Source of the DNA: an uncultured Phycisphaerales bacterium
GTDB lineage: Bacteria; Planctomycetota; Phycisphaerae; Sedimentisphaerales; Anaerobacaceae
Length of the DNA stretch: 64,000 bases
NCBI GenBank assembly: GCA_963772725.1
Contig: CAVYYI010000003.1
Location: 544,001-608,000, forward strand
Direction: 5' to 3'
Below the pieces are notes generated by a model that saw nothing but the letters and a program-made list of their open reading frames with translations, ran no database searches and was not told the DNA's origin. Position numbers and translations under genes: made by a program. This document shows positions 10,380-22,355 of this stretch, in pieces. Within the stretch, counting starts at the first letter, position 1. Every line of letters starts with the position of its first letter.

Positions 10380-10896
10380 GCCTGCCAATAGAATCTTTTA
10401 AACCCCCATAAAATGAAGGGTTTGGCACTAAGAATTGATTATCTGCTTCAGAGGGTTTAGGTAGCACCCTTCTTGAAACAAGGGCTAAAAATCCACTAAA
10501 GTGGCATTTATGCGAGGGATATAGTCGAGCAGCAAGTCCTGTAACGCCCAGTTGTGCAACATTTCCAAGCTTTTCAGTGCAGAGATAGCAGGACTTACGA
10601 TAATATTTCCCAACGGGGTGACATCTAAGCAATTCCCTTAGAGAGATTTAGGGTATTTTCCATATTTACCGGCACACCCAAAAATAATCTAATGCGTTCA
10701 TATAATCTGAGAAGATGCGAATATTTCAAAAATACGCGGAAGTCTTTCTAATTTTACGGTTTTCGGTAAATTCTGTGTTAACAGCGGTGTTAACAAGGCA
10801 AAGAACTGCAGATTTCTACCGCAACCGAAGGGGACGGAGTATATTCATTCAAACTGACCGCTCCATTACTGTCGCGGCTGTGATAGGAAAAATTTG

Positions 10897-11286
10897 ATGA
10901 ACGCAGCATTTTGGCCGATGGTGGTTTATTTTATCGCGGTTGTCGCCGTAGCTGTGTCTATGCTCGTAATATCATACCTGCTGGGCGAGCGTCATAAAGA
11001 AAGGGCGACAGGAGAGCCTTATGAATCTGGTATTACGGCAACCGGCTCGGCAAGAACGCCTTTTAATGTGAAATATTATCTTGTCGCGATGTTTTTTGTT
11101 ATCTTCGATGTCGAATCGATATTTATATTCGTCTGGGCGGCGGCGTTTCGCGAAGTACGTTGGGGGGGGTACTTCGCGATTTTGATTTTTATAGTCATTC
11201 TGGCCGTCGCCCTGATTTATCTTTGGCGAGTCGGCGCATTCGACTGGGGGCACACCGCCACCAAAAAAATGAAACGCAAAAGATAA
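10897..11286 (+). CDS. nuoA: NADH-quinone oxidoreductase subunit A
   Basis: PYESGI and [15 protein letters not shown] motifs. Confidence 0.96.
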   Translation: MNAAFWPMVVYFIAVVAVAVSMLVISYLLGERHKERATGEPYESGITATGSARTPFNVKYYLVAMFFVIFDVESIFIFVWAAAFREVRWGGYFAILIFIVILAVALIYLWRVGAFDWGHTATKKMKRKR

Positions 11287-11288
11287 TT

Positions 11289-11926
11289 ATGGACAAACCT
11301 GCACAAAATACATCCGCTTCGAATCAAACTACCGGAGAAACATCATTAATAAAAGCTCTGGAGAAAACTGTTTTATTTACGCGTTTAAGTGAGCTTATCG
11401 CGTGGTCGCGGAAAAATTCGATATGGCCTTTCAATTTCGGTCTGTCGTGCTGCTATGTGGAGATGGCGACGAGCCTTACGAGCAAATACGATATCGCGCG
11501 GTTCGGCGCGGAGGTGATTCGCAGTACGCCGCGCGAGGCGGATATGATGGTGATCGCGGGGACGGTGTTTATAAAAATGGCGCCGGTTATTAAGCGGCTT
11601 TATGAGCAGATGATGGCGCCGCGGTGGGTGATTTCGATGGGGTCGTGTGCGAATTCGGGCGGGATGTACGATATTTACAGCGTTGTGCAGGGGGTGGATA
11701 AATTTCTGCGGGTGGATGTGTATGTGCCGGGCTGCCCGCCGCGGCCGGAGGCGTTTATGGAAGGGTATTGCTGCTTGCGGGATGCGGTCGGCACGGAGAA
11801 GCGGCCTTTGAGCTGGGTCGTGGGGCCGCAGGGTATATACAAGCCTGAGCATGCCGTGCCAGAGGGATATGAAAAGGCAGGAAAGGCAGAAGATCGTTAA
11901 GTTTACGTTCTCCCGATGAAGTTTAA
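11289..11926 (+). CDS. nuoB: NADH-quinone oxidoreductase subunit B, frameshifts in the 3' part
   Basis: [19 protein letters not shown] and VPGCPPRPE motifs; C-terminus ...SPDEV*. Confidence 0.95.
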
Positions 11927-11945
11927 TTCAGGTTAAATATTTGAA

Positions 11946-13711
11946 ATGAATAACAATCTAAACATCTTAGAAGCAGCTTCAAGAATAAATTCGGCGATGA
12001 GAACATCTCTGTACCAGCCGACAAAAGACGATGTCCGACGGTATGGGTTGAAAGCGGAGAATATTAAGAATGTTTTGCGATATTTGAAAATCAGATCGAG
12101 AAGCCTTACCGGATGCTTTATGACCTTACGGCCATCGATGAGCGGACGCGTAAGAATCGGACAGGCCAGCCGACAAGCGATTTTACGGTTGTTTATCAGC
12201 TTTTTTCGTTTGAGAGGAATGAGTATATCCGAATAAAGGTGCCGCTTGAGGGCGAACATCCTTCGATTCAAACAATAACCGACATCTGGCCGTGTGCGAA
12301 CTGGTATGAGCGCGAGGTCTGGGACATGTTCGGGATTAGGATTGACGGGCATCCGCATCTTAGAGCGGATTCTTATGCCGCCGTGGTGGAAAGGACATCC
12401 GCTTCGAAAGGACCATCCGGCGCGGGCGACGGATATGGAGCCGTTTACGCTGCCGGAGGAAGATGAAATCAGAAGAGCAGCAGCAACTTGAAATTTCAAT
12501 CCTGAGCGTGGGGGCTGAAACGTCACAGCGAAGATACAGAATTTATGTTTCTTAAATCTTGGCCCGCATCATCCCGGTACGCATGGGGTGCTTCGGATTG
12601 TTCTTCAGCTTGACGGCGAAGAGATAGTCGATGCTGTGCCGGATATCGGCTATCACCATCGCGGCGCGGAGAAAATGGGCGAGCGGCAGACGTGGCATAC
12701 ATATATTCCATACACCGACCGCATCGATTATCTCGGCGGGGTGATGAATAATCTGCCGTATGTGCTGGCGGTTGAAAAACTTGCGCGGAATAGAAGTGCC
12801 GCGACAGGGCAAAGGTGATCCGGGTGATGATGTGCGGAATTGTTCCGCATCGCAGTCCATCTTGGTGTGGTACGGGACATTTGCGCAGGATCTGGGGGCG
12901 ATGTCGCCGGTTTTTTATATGTTCAACGACCGCGAGCGGATACTTCGATATCATTGCAGGCGATCTGCGGCTGGCGAATGCATCCGGGCTGGTTTCGTAT
13001 CGGCGGCGTTGCGCAGGATTTGCCGAACGGCTGGGAAAAATGGTTACGCGATTTTCTCGACTATATGCCTGCCCGGATGAAAGAATACGATACGCTTGTG
13101 ATGCAGAACCGAATTTTCAAGATGCGCACAAAAGGCATCGGCGCATATACGTCTCGATGAGGCGATCGAGTGGGGAGTTACCGGGCCGGGATCTGCGGGC
13201 ATGCGGACTTGAATGGGATTTTCGCAAGAAGATGCCTTATCAGCGGCTATGAGCAGTTCGATTTTGAGATTCCGACGGCGACAAACGGCGACTGCTACGA
13301 CCGCGCGGTTGTGCGGGTCGAGGAGATACGCCAGAGCCTGCGCATAATACGGCAATGCGTTGATAATATGCCAGCGGGGCCGTTATAAATCCGACCATCC
13401 GCTGACAACGCCGCCGCTGAAAGAACATACGATGCAGGATATCGAAACGCTGATCACGCATTTTCTTAATGTGAGCTGGGGGCCGGTGATGCCGGCCGGC
13501 GAGGCGTTTTTCGGTATCGAGGGCACAAAGGGCAATAACGGCTATTATCTTGTCAGTGACGGCAATACTGTTTCGTATCGGACGCGCATTCGCACGCCGT
13601 CGTTTCCGCATATGCAGATGGCTGCCGGATATCAGCCGCGGGCTTACGGTTGCGGATTTGATAGCGATTCTGGGAAGTATTGATTTTGTGCTTGCGAGAT
13701 GTTGACCGTGA
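11946..13711 (+). CDS. nuoCD: fused NADH-quinone oxidoreductase subunit C/D, multiple frameshifts
   Basis: Pieces: [68 protein letters not shown]. Confidence 0.9.
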
Positions 13712-13726
13712 TAAACAAGATAAAAT

Positions 13727-14184
13727 ATGCTGACGCAGGAAGAACAAACTGAGATTGAGGCGGAGATTAGAAAGTATCTGTAAAAGCGGGCGGCTGCCCT
13801 GAGGCCTGAAGATTGTGCAGAGATATCGCGGCTGGATATCCGATAGACAGCTCTGGAGAGATGGCCGAGTATTTGGATATGACCGACGAGAACTTGACAG
13901 TGTCGCACGGCTACAATCTGATTTTCCGCAAGCGTCGGCAGGCATGTGATACTGATCTGCGACAGCGTGACTGCTGGATTATGGGATATGAAAAGATCAT
14001 GGAGCATTTCAAGAAGCGGCTGGGTATAGAGTTTGGTGAAACGACGGCCGACGGAAGATTTACACTTTTGCCGGTTGCTGTCTTGGGGCGTGCGATGAGG
14101 CGCCGGCGATGATGATTGATGATAAATTGTACGGCAATGTTGACACTGTCAGGAATTGATCGTATTCTCGAAAAATATAAATAG
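13727..14184 (+). CDS. nuoE: NADH-quinone oxidoreductase subunit E, frameshifted
   Basis: Pieces YNLIFRK, CDS..CWIMGYE, GETTADGRFTLLP, CLGACDEAPAMM. Confidence 0.85.
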
Positions 14185-14196
14185 CAAAAATATGTG

Positions 14197-15463
14197 ATGG
14201 AAAAACCGCTGACAAAGAATATACGGCCCGGACAGAGAGCCGCTGACTATCGAGGAATATGAAAAAACCGGCGGCTATCAGGCATTGCGCAAGGCACTGA
14301 GCATGTCGCCACAAGAGATCCAGCAGAAGGTGACGATTCGAATCTTCAAGGGCGCGGCGGAGCGGGTTTCCAGACGGGCCAAAAATGGAGCTTTGTGCCG
14401 ATGGGAAAGGATGCTCCGCATCCCAAATATCTTGTTGTCAACGCCGATGAGATGGAGCCGGGGACGTTCAAAGACCGGCTGCTGCTGGAAGGCGATCCGC
14501 ATTCGATCGTTGAAAGCGCAATCATCATCGCCTATGCCGTCGAGGCGGATGCGGCGTATATTTTTATGCGATGGGAATATCCGCTTGCCGCCGCAAAGAG
14601 TTGACAGGCGATTGCGGAGGCGTACGGAAGGATATCTGGGCAAAAATATTCTCGGGTCTCGGCTACAGTCTTGAAATGTATGTTCATACCAGTGCAGGGC
14701 GTTATATGTGCGGCGAAGAGAACAGGATGCTCGATGCCTGGAAGGCAAACGCGCCGATACCGCGAGCAAAGCCGCCTTATGCAGAACCTGCGGGCTGTGG
14801 GGCAAGCCGACAGTTGTCAATAATGTCGAAACCACTTGCAATGTGCCGCATATAATTAACAACGGGCCGGAGTGGTTCAAAAGCTGAGCCGACCGATGAG
14901 GGCGGAACAAAATTTACGGCGCAAGCGGAAGAGTGAAAAGGCCGGGCCTCTGGGAACTGCCGATGGGGACAACCGATCCGCGAAATACTCGAAGAATACG
15001 CCGGCGGGATGCAGGAGGGTATTGAATTTCGGGGATTGCTGCCCGGCGGAGCGTCGACCGATTTTCTGATTGAAGAGCATCTTGATATGCAGATGGATTT
15101 TGGTTCGATGCGGAAATCGGCAGCAGGCTCGGAACCGGCACAATGATCATTCTCGACGATAAGACTTGTCCGGTGGGCATGGTGAATAATCTGCGAAATT
15201 TTTTGCCCGCGAATCCTGCGGCTGGTGCACACCGTGCCGGGAAGGATTGCCATGGATTGCGAAAATTCTTGAAGGCAATGAAGACGGCAGGGCAAACTGA
15301 GCGATATCTGATATTCTGCAAGAACATACCTGGCTTCTTGGCCCCGGACATACATTTTGTGCGCTTGCGCCGGGGGCGATGGTCCCGCTTGCGAAGCGCA
15401 CTGAAATATTTTCGCGAAGATTTTGAAAAGCATATTACCGAACATCGATGTCCGTGGAGATAA
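14197..15463 (+). CDS. nuoF: NADH-quinone oxidoreductase subunit F, frameshifted
   Basis: [47 protein letters not shown] and TFCALAPG pieces. Confidence 0.9.
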
Positions 15464-15466
15464 TAG

Positions 15467-18156
15467 ATGCCGGTAATTTATGTAGAAAACAAACCGTACG
15501 AAGTGAAGGCGGGGCAGAACCTGCTGCATGCGTGCCTGTCGCTGGGGTTTGATATTCCGTATTTCTGCTGGCATCCGGCGATGCATTCGGTGGGGGCGTG
15601 CCGGATGTGTGCGGTAAAGCAGTTCAAGGATGAAAACGATACCAAAGGCAAAATCGTAATGTCGTGCATGACGCCGGCGGCGGACGGCATACGGATTTCG
15701 ATCGATGACCCTGATGCGGTGAAATTCCGAAAGAGTGTCATTGAATGGCTGATGATCAATCATCCGCACGATTGCCCCGTGTGCGATGAGGGCGGCGAAT
15801 GTCATCTGCAGGATATGACGCTGATGACCGGGCATATGTATCGGCGATACCGATTTAAAAAACGCACCCATCGCAATCAGAATCTCGGGCCGTTTGTCAG
15901 CGCATGAAATGAATCGCTGCATTCAGTGTTATCGCTGCGTGCGGTTTTATAACGATTATGCGGGCGGGCGGGATTTTGATGTTAATGACTGGCACGATAG
16001 TGTCTATTTCGGCAGGCATAAGGATGGCGTGCTTGAAAGTGAATTCAGCGGCAATCTTGTCGAGGTGTGCCCGACGGGCGTTTTTACGGATAAGACGCTT
16101 GCACGACATTATACCCGCAAGTGGGATTTGCAGACCGCGCCATCGGTTTGCGTGCATTGCGGGCTTGGCTGCAATACTATTCCCGGCGAGCGATACGGTA
16201 TGCTGCGCTGCATACGAAACCGATTCAATAGTCAGAAGTGAACGGATATTTTCTCTGCGACCGCGGGCGTTTTGGCTATGAATTTGTAAATAGTCAGCGG
16301 AGAATCAGAAAACCGCTTCGTCGTTATTGAAACTTGCGAAAAGAAAGATATTGTTGGTGAAATTGTGTCAGATTTTGAAAAATTCAGATCGAACAATAGG
16401 GATAGGCTCAACACGAGCATCTCTTGAATCAAATTTCGCCCTGCTTAAACTCGTTGGGACTGAAAATTTCTATATCGGCGCATCTCGAACAGAATCGCAA
16501 TTAGTTTCTATCATTATCAATATCCTTATGAGTTCACCTGTCCCTGCCGCTTCAATACACGATGTGGATTTGGCGGATGCGGTGCTGGTATTGGGAGAAG
16601 ATGTTCCCAATACGGCGCCGATGCTCGAATTGTCGCTGCGTAAAGCCACACTTCGCAAGCTTTCAGCATTAGCAAAAAAACTCAAGATAGAAGAATGGAA
16701 CGATGTTTTTTTCCGCGAAGTAACTCAACAGGAAAAAGGAGCTTTGTTTATAGCCACACCTGACAAAACCAGGCTTGATGACGCGGCGGCGATAAGTTAT
16801 CGAGCTGCGCCAGATGATTTGGCGCGATTAGGTTTTGCCGTGGCGCATGAACTTAACCCTGATGCGCCATCTGTGCCTGAATTAGCGGATGAGGTTCGAC
16901 GAATGGCGCAGAAACTTGCGGAGGAACTTAAAAATTCTGAGAATCCAATTATAGTTTCAGGAGTCAACAGCGACAGCCGTTCAGTCATCGAAGCATCTGC
17001 CAACATCGCGTATGCTCTGCATTCTATGAATAAAAAGCCCAAGCTGTGTTTTGCGGTGCCTTACTGTAACAGTATGGGTCTTGGGCTTATGGGCGGGCAA
17101 AGTATTGATTCGGTTAAAACCGGCTGATACGATTATTGTTTTGGAAAATGATGTTTATCGTTATCTCAATAGTGAAACAGCGGACAAACTTTTCAATGCC
17201 GCGAAAAATATTATTGTTATCGACCATCTGGAAAACGCAACTCTGTTAAAGGCCAATTATGTATTGCCAGCCGCGACTTTTGCTGAAGGCAGCGGGACGC
17301 TGATAAATAACGAGGGCAGGGCTCAGCGATTTTTTAAGGTTTTTTCGCCCACTGGTGACATCCAGGAAAGCTGGCGATGGATTAGTGATATAATGCGAGC
17401 ATCTGGTTCCTATCCGGAGACTTACAACTGGCAAAACCTCGATGGCATAATAAAGAGTTTGGCAGAAGAGATGCCGATTTTTAAAACCATCAGCGAGGCC
17501 GCGCCGTCGTCGGAGTTTAGAATAGCGGGGCAAAAAATACCCCGTCAGCCTAACCGTTACAGCGGGCGCACGGCAATGCACGCGGATATAAATGTCAATG
17601 AACCAAAGCCGCCGCAAGACTGCGATTCGCCGCTTTGTTTTTCGATGGAAGGTTACCGGGGACAGCCTGCTTCATCACTTATTGCGCGATTCTGGTCTCC
17701 TAAATGGAATTCGGTACAATCGGTCAACAAGTTTCAGCGTGAAGTCGGCGGGCAATTGTACGACGGAGACCCGGGAAAGCGACTTATTGAGCCGCGCAAT
17801 CGGCAGAGTGTAAATATTTTTCGCAGATTCCTGATTCTTTTCACGCAAAGGAAAAAGAACTGCTTGTTGTGCCCGCTTATCATGTTTTTGGCTCTGATGA
17901 ATTAAGTGTGTTATCACTTGGAATAACTGAATTGTCAGCGGCACCATATATCGCTGTAAATCCACAACATTCTGGTATCTTTAAAGGTCAAACGGTGGAG
18001 GTAACGCTTTCCGGTAAGTCTTATCAGCTGCCGGTAAAATTTTCGCAGGAGCTTGCGGTTGGTCTGGCGGCGATACCTGTTGGCTTACCTTCGCTTGCAG
18101 TGGGATGGTCAGCCCTTCTGGTACAAACTGGTTACGAGTTAAAATGCGTGAAATAA
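15467..18156 (+). CDS. nuoG: NADH-quinone oxidoreductase subunit G (long form with N7 motif), frameshifted
   Basis: [50 protein letters not shown]...[21 protein letters not shown]. Confidence 0.92.
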
Positions 18157-19094
18157 TAATACATCTGATTATTGTTTTCGGTGTGCTTGCCGTTATATTG
18201 TCGATAGCGGCGGGATTGATATGGTTTGAGCGGCGGCTTCTGGCGTTGTTTCAGGACCGCTACGGGCCAAATCGCGTGGGGCCATTCGGTTTGCTCCAGG
18301 TGCTTGCTGATATGATAAAAATCTTTATGAAGGAAGACTGGATTCCGCCTTTTGCGGACAAGTTTGTGTTCGTAACAGCCCCGGCGATAATAATTGTTAC
18401 GACACTTTTATCTTTCGCGATAGTTGTGTTTTCACCTCATATCACAGTAGCCGACCTCGGCATAGGTTTGCTTTTCTTTCTGGCTATGTCATCTCTTGGT
18501 GTGTACAGCGTTACACTGGCCGGCTGGTCGTCGAATAACAAATATTCGCTGCTGGGCGGTCTGCGTGCCGCGGCGCAGATGCTTAGCTATGAGGTATTTA
18601 TGGGCCTGTCGCTGATGGGGATAGTTATTTTGGCAGGCTCATTCAGAATTACCGATATTGTCGAAGCGCAGAAAGGTTTGTGGTTCTGTATCCCGCAGGC
18701 TGCCGGTTTTATAATTTTTTTCATCGCCGGAATAGCTGAAACTCATCGGCTTCCGTTTGACTTGCCCGAAGCGGAAAACGAACTAGTAGCCGGCTATCAC
18801 AGCGAATATTCCGGTATGAAGTTCGGAATGTTTTTTGTAGGCGAATATCTCGGCATTACACTTATATCGGCGTTGATAACAACCTTTTTCTTCGGCGGGT
18901 GGCTGGGGCCTGTTCTGCCGGGAATCGTATGGTTCTTTATAAAAACCTTTGTTTTTATAAGTATCTTTATCCTGATGCGGGCGTCTTTACCCCGGCCCCG
19001 TTACGACCAGCTTGATGTCATTGGGATGGAAAATCATACTGCCGCTTGCGCTTCTGAACCTGTTGTTACAGGCGCAATTGTGCTGGCTCGTTAG
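18144..19094 (+). CDS. nuoH: NADH-quinone oxidoreductase subunit H, probable frameshifts near the 3' end
   Basis: QDRYGPNRVGP, AQMLSYE, RLPFDLPEAENELVAG and RPRYDQL motifs. Confidence 0.95.
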   Translation: MREIIIHLIIVFGVLAVILSIAAGLIWFERRLLALFQDRYGPNRVGPFGLLQVLADMIKIFMKEDWIPPFADKFVFVTAPAIIIVTTLLSFAIVVFSPHITVADLGIGLLFFLAMSSLGVYSVTLAGWSSNNKYSLLGGLRAAAQMLSYEVFMGLSLMGIVILAGSFRITDIVEAQKGLWFCIPQAAGFIIFFIAGIAETHRLPFDLPEAENELVAGYHSEYSGMKFGMFFVGEYLGITLISALITTFFFGGWLGPVLPGIVWFFIKTFVFISIFILMRASLPRPRYDQLDVIGMENHTAACASEPVVTGAIVLAR

Positions 19095-19105
19095 GAGAAC
19101 TGAAT

Positions 19106-19632
19106 ATGTTAAGCGCAGTTAAGAGCGATGTGGCAATGTTCTGCTGCATACATTTCGAAGACGTGTCACAATTCAGTATCCTGAGCAAAAGCCGTCTCTG
19201 CCGCCGCGATGGCGAGGGCGAATAATTCTTTCACGCGACCCTGATGGCGGTGAGCGATGCGTAGGTTGTTATCTATGTGCAGTGGCGTGCCCTGTCGGAT
19301 GCATCGCTCTGCAGGCGACAGAAGATGAGCATGGACGGCGTTACCCGGAATTTTTCCGAATCAATTTTTCGCGGTGCATATTCTGCGGTTTTTGCGAAGA
19401 GGCCTGCCCCACTTACGCAATCCAGTTAATACCTGATTTCGAGATGGGGGAATATAAGCGGCAAAACCTGGTTTACGAAAAGGAGGACCTGCTCATAAGC
19501 GGCACAGGTAAGTATCCGGATTACAATTTTTACAAAGTGGCCGGTCTTGCAATTGATGGAAAAGACAAGGGCCAGGCTGAAAATGAACAGCCGCCGGTTG
19601 ATCCCCGCAGATCTTTTGCCCTGAAAAAATAA
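19106..19632 (+). CDS. nuoI: NADH-quinone oxidoreductase subunit I, frameshift near the 5' end
   Basis: [20 protein letters not shown] and [13 protein letters not shown] ferredoxin motifs. Confidence 0.93.
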
Positions 19633-19637
19633 TTTAT

Positions 19638-20150
19638 ATGACATTTGTTTTTTATATATCAGCTGCCGTTGCGATTATCGCGACTTTTATGGCTATAACA
19701 CGGCTTAATATAGTTCATGCGCTATTGTATTTTATTGTTTCACTTCTTGCCGTTGGTGTAATTTTCTTTCTTCTTGGTGCGCCTTTTGCCGCGGCTTTAG
19801 TTATCATTATAAATGCTGGCGCGATAGTTGTTCTTTTCGTATTTCTTATAATGATGCTTAATCTTGGCCCGCAGTCCGTCGCACAGGAGCGGCAAATGCT
19901 TAGCCCATATATGTGGATTGGCCCAGCGATATTATCAATTGTTCTTATTATCGAACTGGCTTATGCGGTCAGGTTTCATTATATCGGATTTACGGGGCCA
20001 AATATGATTAGTCCGAAAGAAGTTGGTATCGCTCTTTTTGGGCACTATGTACTTGGTGTCGAACTTGCGTCGATGCTTTTACTGGCAGGATTATTGGGTG
20101 CATATCATCTTGGCCGTGGTGAACAAAAAAACGAAGGAGAGAATAAATAA
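19638..20150 (+). CDS. nuoJ: NADH-quinone oxidoreductase subunit J
   Basis: HALLY, AGAIVVLFVFLIMML and ELASMLLL motifs; operon position. Confidence 0.93.
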   Translation: MTFVFYISAAVAIIATFMAITRLNIVHALLYFIVSLLAVGVIFFLLGAPFAAALVIIINAGAIVVLFVFLIMMLNLGPQSVAQERQMLSPYMWIGPAILSIVLIIELAYAVRFHYIGFTGPNMISPKEVGIALFGHYVLGVELASMLLLAGLLGAYHLGRGEQKNEGENK

Positions 20151-20458
20151 TGGTGACAGTTCCGACAGAATCGGCACTTATTCTTGCCGCTGTGTTATTT
20201 GCGATTGGTTTAACAGGTGTTCTCGTGCGTCGCAACATAGTCTTTATGCTGCTATCCATAGAAATTATGCTCAATGCCGCGGGGCTGGCGTTTATTGTTG
20301 CTGGCTCCTGCCTGAATCAGCCTGATGGTCAGGTTATGTATTTTTTTGTGCTTTCGATGGCAGCAGCCGAAGTGGCTGTTGGATTAGGTCTCGTTCTGCG
20401 CATGTACCGAAAATTCAAAAGTCTCGATACTGATATCGCGTCTCTGATGAAAGGCTGA
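20150..20458 (+). CDS. nuoK: NADH-quinone oxidoreductase subunit K
   Basis: RRNIVFMLLSIEIMLN and AAAEVAVGL motifs. Confidence 0.96.
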   Translation: MVTVPTESALILAAVLFAIGLTGVLVRRNIVFMLLSIEIMLNAAGLAFIVAGSCLNQPDGQVMYFFVLSMAAAEVAVGLGLVLRMYRKFKSLDTDIASLMKG

Positions 20459-20459
20459 T

Positions 20460-22355
20460 ATGCTTGAATATTTGTGGCTTATTCCTGTAATACCGTTGGC
20501 AGATTTTATGATTCTTGCCACAATCAGCGGGAGAATTTCACGCAGGGCTGTAGGAACAATCGGCACAATTTCGGTGGCAGTTTCGATGATTCTGACGATA
20601 CTGATTGCTGTTGATTTTATCGGTTCTCCGCCCGCTCAGGGGTTCTATTCGCAGACGCTTTGGACGTGGATAAATGTGGGCAATTTCAAAGCTACCTTTA
20701 CATTTTATTTAGACGCACTTTCATTGACGATGATACTCGTTGTTACAGTTGTCGGATTTCTGATTCATCTGTACTCGACGGCATTTATGGAAGAGGAGGA
20801 AGGATACAGCCGATTTTTTGCGTATATGAATCTTTTTATCAGCTCGATGCTGATTCTTGTGCTTGCGGATAACCTGCTTTTTTTATATCTCGGCTGGGAA
20901 GGCGTCGGTTTATGCAGTTATCTGCTCATAGGATTCTGGTACAAAGAACCCGCTAACGGCCGTGCCGCGATAAAAGCATTTATAGTAACCAGAATCGGCG
21001 ATACAGCAATGGCGATAGGCCTGTTTCTGTTTTTTACGCAGTTGGGAACATTTGAAATTCAGCCGCTAATGCAAAAGCTCTCACAGTATCCGTCAGGCTC
21101 ATTGTTTTGTGTAGTAACCGCGGCGTTACTTTTGGGCGGAGCCGTGGGCAAATCCGCACAACTTCCGCTGCAGACTGGCTTCCCGACGCGATGGCGGGAC
21201 CCTCGCCAGTCAGCGCCCTTATCCACGCAGCAACAATGGTAACCGCGGGCGTTTACCTTATCGCCAGAACTCATATTCTTTTTGCTCAGGCTCCCGTGAT
21301 TCAATATAGCGTTGCGGTGATAGGTGCGGCAACACTTCTTATTGCAGGATTCAGTGCATTGACTCAGCATGACATTAAACGAATTCTCGCTTATTCAACA
21401 ATCAGCCAGATAGGATATATGTTTCTTGCGCTCGGGGTCGGGGCCTGGTCGGCGGCGATTTTTCATTTTATGATTCACGCGTTTTTTAAGTCACTGTTGT
21501 TTCTCGCTGCCGGCGTAGTCATTATCGCTTTAGGACATGAGCATAATATTTTTAAAATGGGCGGTCTTCGCCAAAAAATGTCCCTTGACTTTTTATACTT
21601 TTCTCGACTGGCAGCGCATCTTTGTCGGCGCTGCCTTTAGTAACAGCGGGATTTTACAGCAAAGATATGATACTCTGGCAGGTATGGTCTTCAAAAACAG
21701 GCGGCGTCTGGCTGTGGCTGGCCGGAATAGTCGGGAGCTCTGATTACTTCCCTATATACTTTTAGAATGTTGTTTATTTCGTTTTTCGGTGAAGCAAAAA
21801 CAGATCCGTAACCTATAAACCCGGCCTGCGTATCCAATTACCCTTGGTCGATATTAGGCCATACTTTCAATAGTAGGAGGCTTTGTGGAACTGCCTGAAA
21901 TACTTGGCCATAAAAAAATATTTACCGATTTTATGCATACCGCATTGCCGTCTATGGCATCATTAGAAACTGGTTTGCACGCTGAGTATTTTGTTCAGGC
22001 TATCGCTGCGCTGGTTTCGTTAGCTGGAATCTATTTAGCATATGTATTCTTTCTCCGCAACCGGCAATTAAATGAACGAATTGTTCAAACACCAATCGGT
22101 TCAACCCTGCACAGACTCTGGTTTTCAGGCTGGGGTTTCGATTGGTTTTATAATATCCTGTTTATTAAGCCTTACACTTGGTTCGCTGATTTTAACAGGA
22201 ACGATTACCTCGATAAAATTTACATTGGCATAGCCGGACTTAGTCGAATCGCACATCAAATACTTTGCCTGACGCAGACAGGGAAATTACGCTGGTATCT
22301 GACAGGTATCGCGGTCGGTGCGACAATAATTATAGGAGTTGTGGTGTTCTTATGA
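20460..22355 (+). CDS. nuoL: NADH-quinone oxidoreductase subunit L, frameshifted
   Basis: [39 protein letters not shown] and HAFFK motifs. Confidence 0.93.

Larger units (their letters stand above)
5807..10554. mobile_element. decayed genomic island integrated at tRNA-Val(TAC), no integrase
   Basis: caagtcctgtaccgcccagttg (5807-5828) recurs as caagtcctgtaacgcccagttg (10533-10554), 21/22 identical. Confidence 0.75.

Noticed and set aside
10267..10632. 121-aa minus-strand ORF
   Set aside because: It spans the att duplication and the antisense of the PEP-CTERM remnant, and has no protein-like features.
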